Notes under the pieces: generated by a model | Seen by the model: the letters and a program-made list of their open reading frames with translations, nothing else | Told to the model about the DNA's origin: nothing | Databases searched by the model: none | NCBI RefSeq assembly: GCF_006345805.1 | Contig: NW_021828495.1 | Coordinates: 1 to 7,992, forward strand | Direction: 5' to 3' | Length of the DNA: 7,992 nucleotides | Source: Octopus sinensis | Lineage: Eukaryota | Made by a program: the position numbers and the translations under genes | Part shown: positions 7,305 to 7,992 of the stretch, piece by piece | How positions within the stretch are numbered: position 1 is the stretch's first letter | Layout: each line of letters opens with the position of its first letter

Positions 7305-7983
7305 GAGGGGAGGTACGACGACGAGCTCGGGGCGAACCTGGACGTCGACGAGGAGTACCTGACCCGCCTGTTCGGGACGACTTTCGGGCCAGGGCCCATG
7401 GACAACTTCCAGAGATCCCGGCCTGGCAGTGCTACCGAGAAAGCGCTACCCGTTCGGGATAAGTCTATACAGACACGGCTCGAGAACACGGGGCGACCTG
7501 CCCGAGATGCGGTCAGAGCGACGAAACCGTTCTCTGCACGCACTCGTTCAGTGTCCAACAATTTCCGACCTGTGGGCCTTATGTGTCGACAACTGCTGTC
7601 ACGTGTGGGACGAGTCGGTTTATCAGCTGAGTCTATCGTCAATATTGTCACGGCCTCCTTCCTTCAAACGGGAAGGAAGAGCTATTTTCATCATCCTTGT
7701 GGCTATGGCGAAAGAATGTATCTGGTGGACGCGTCTGAAAGGATTGGAGACAAACACTTTCCTCTCTGGTAATCTCCCTCATCAACTTCTTCAGTACCCA
7801 CTTGAAAGGAAAGTGAGAGTAGAGAGGCAAGTTTTTCTCTAGCGAATGTTTTAAAAAAAAGATGGTGAATGTAGCAAGAATGGCACGTATGAATGACGAA
7901 GCCACCTTGAGCATAGTCCTATGAACCCAGAAATCGAAAACAGAGAGTTGCTTATTTGCAAAAAAAAAAAAAAAAAAAAAAAA
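7305..7983 (+). mobile_element. 5'-truncated L1/Tx1-like non-LTR retrotransposon: ORF2 C-terminus (zf-RVT-type CCHC knuckle), short 3' UTR and A24 tract
   Basis: Abrupt rise in GC/CpG content. Stitched frames: EGRYDDELGANLDVDEEYLTRLFGTTFGPGPMDNFQRS-AWQCYRE-ALPVRDK-LYRHGS..TCPRCGQSDETV-LHALVQCPTISDLWA..QLLSRVGRVGLSAESIVNIVT-PPSFKREGRAIFIILVAMAKECIWWTRLKGLETNTFLSG..RKVRVERQV..ECFKK..VNVARMARMNDEATLSIVL* (TGA 7922-7924). The Cx2Cx8Hx4C motif (7499-7554) preceded by W...ALP...L and followed by IW..R is typical of L1/Tx1 ORF2. Confidence 0.85.
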
Positions 7984-7992
7984 GAAATATAA

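Noticed and set aside
7278-7914. ORFs 7278-7772, 7429-7842, 7295-7651 and 7648-7914 as host genes
   Set aside because: The plus ORFs are frameshifted pieces of a single LINE ORF2; the minus ORFs are antisense shadows.

Overview
Non-coding, repeat-saturated animal DNA, most likely octopus (coleoid cephalopod), judged from recalled SINE families and dense (TA)n/(CA)n microsatellites; no database search was run. No intact host gene is visible, and most ORF-track entries are artefacts of microsatellites and SINEs. The window holds about 14 tRNA-derived SINE copies or fragments in four groups: A (Deu/Nin-like core, two alternative 3' tails), and B, C and D (CORE-like). It also holds a decayed hAT transposase (KIAA1586/ZNF862-like C-terminal half) split by a SINE-B, a 5'-truncated L1/Tx1-like LINE ORF2 end with a CCHC zinc knuckle and A-tract, a possible older non-LTR RT remnant, and a motif-dense promoter/enhancer-like island at ~3130-3340. 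The most unusual pattern: all four copies of SINE-A 'tail 2' end directly inside SINE-A head sequence, giving concatemers and a hairpin. This suggests a self-targeting SINE, possibly mobilised by a Tx1-type LINE (hypothesis).
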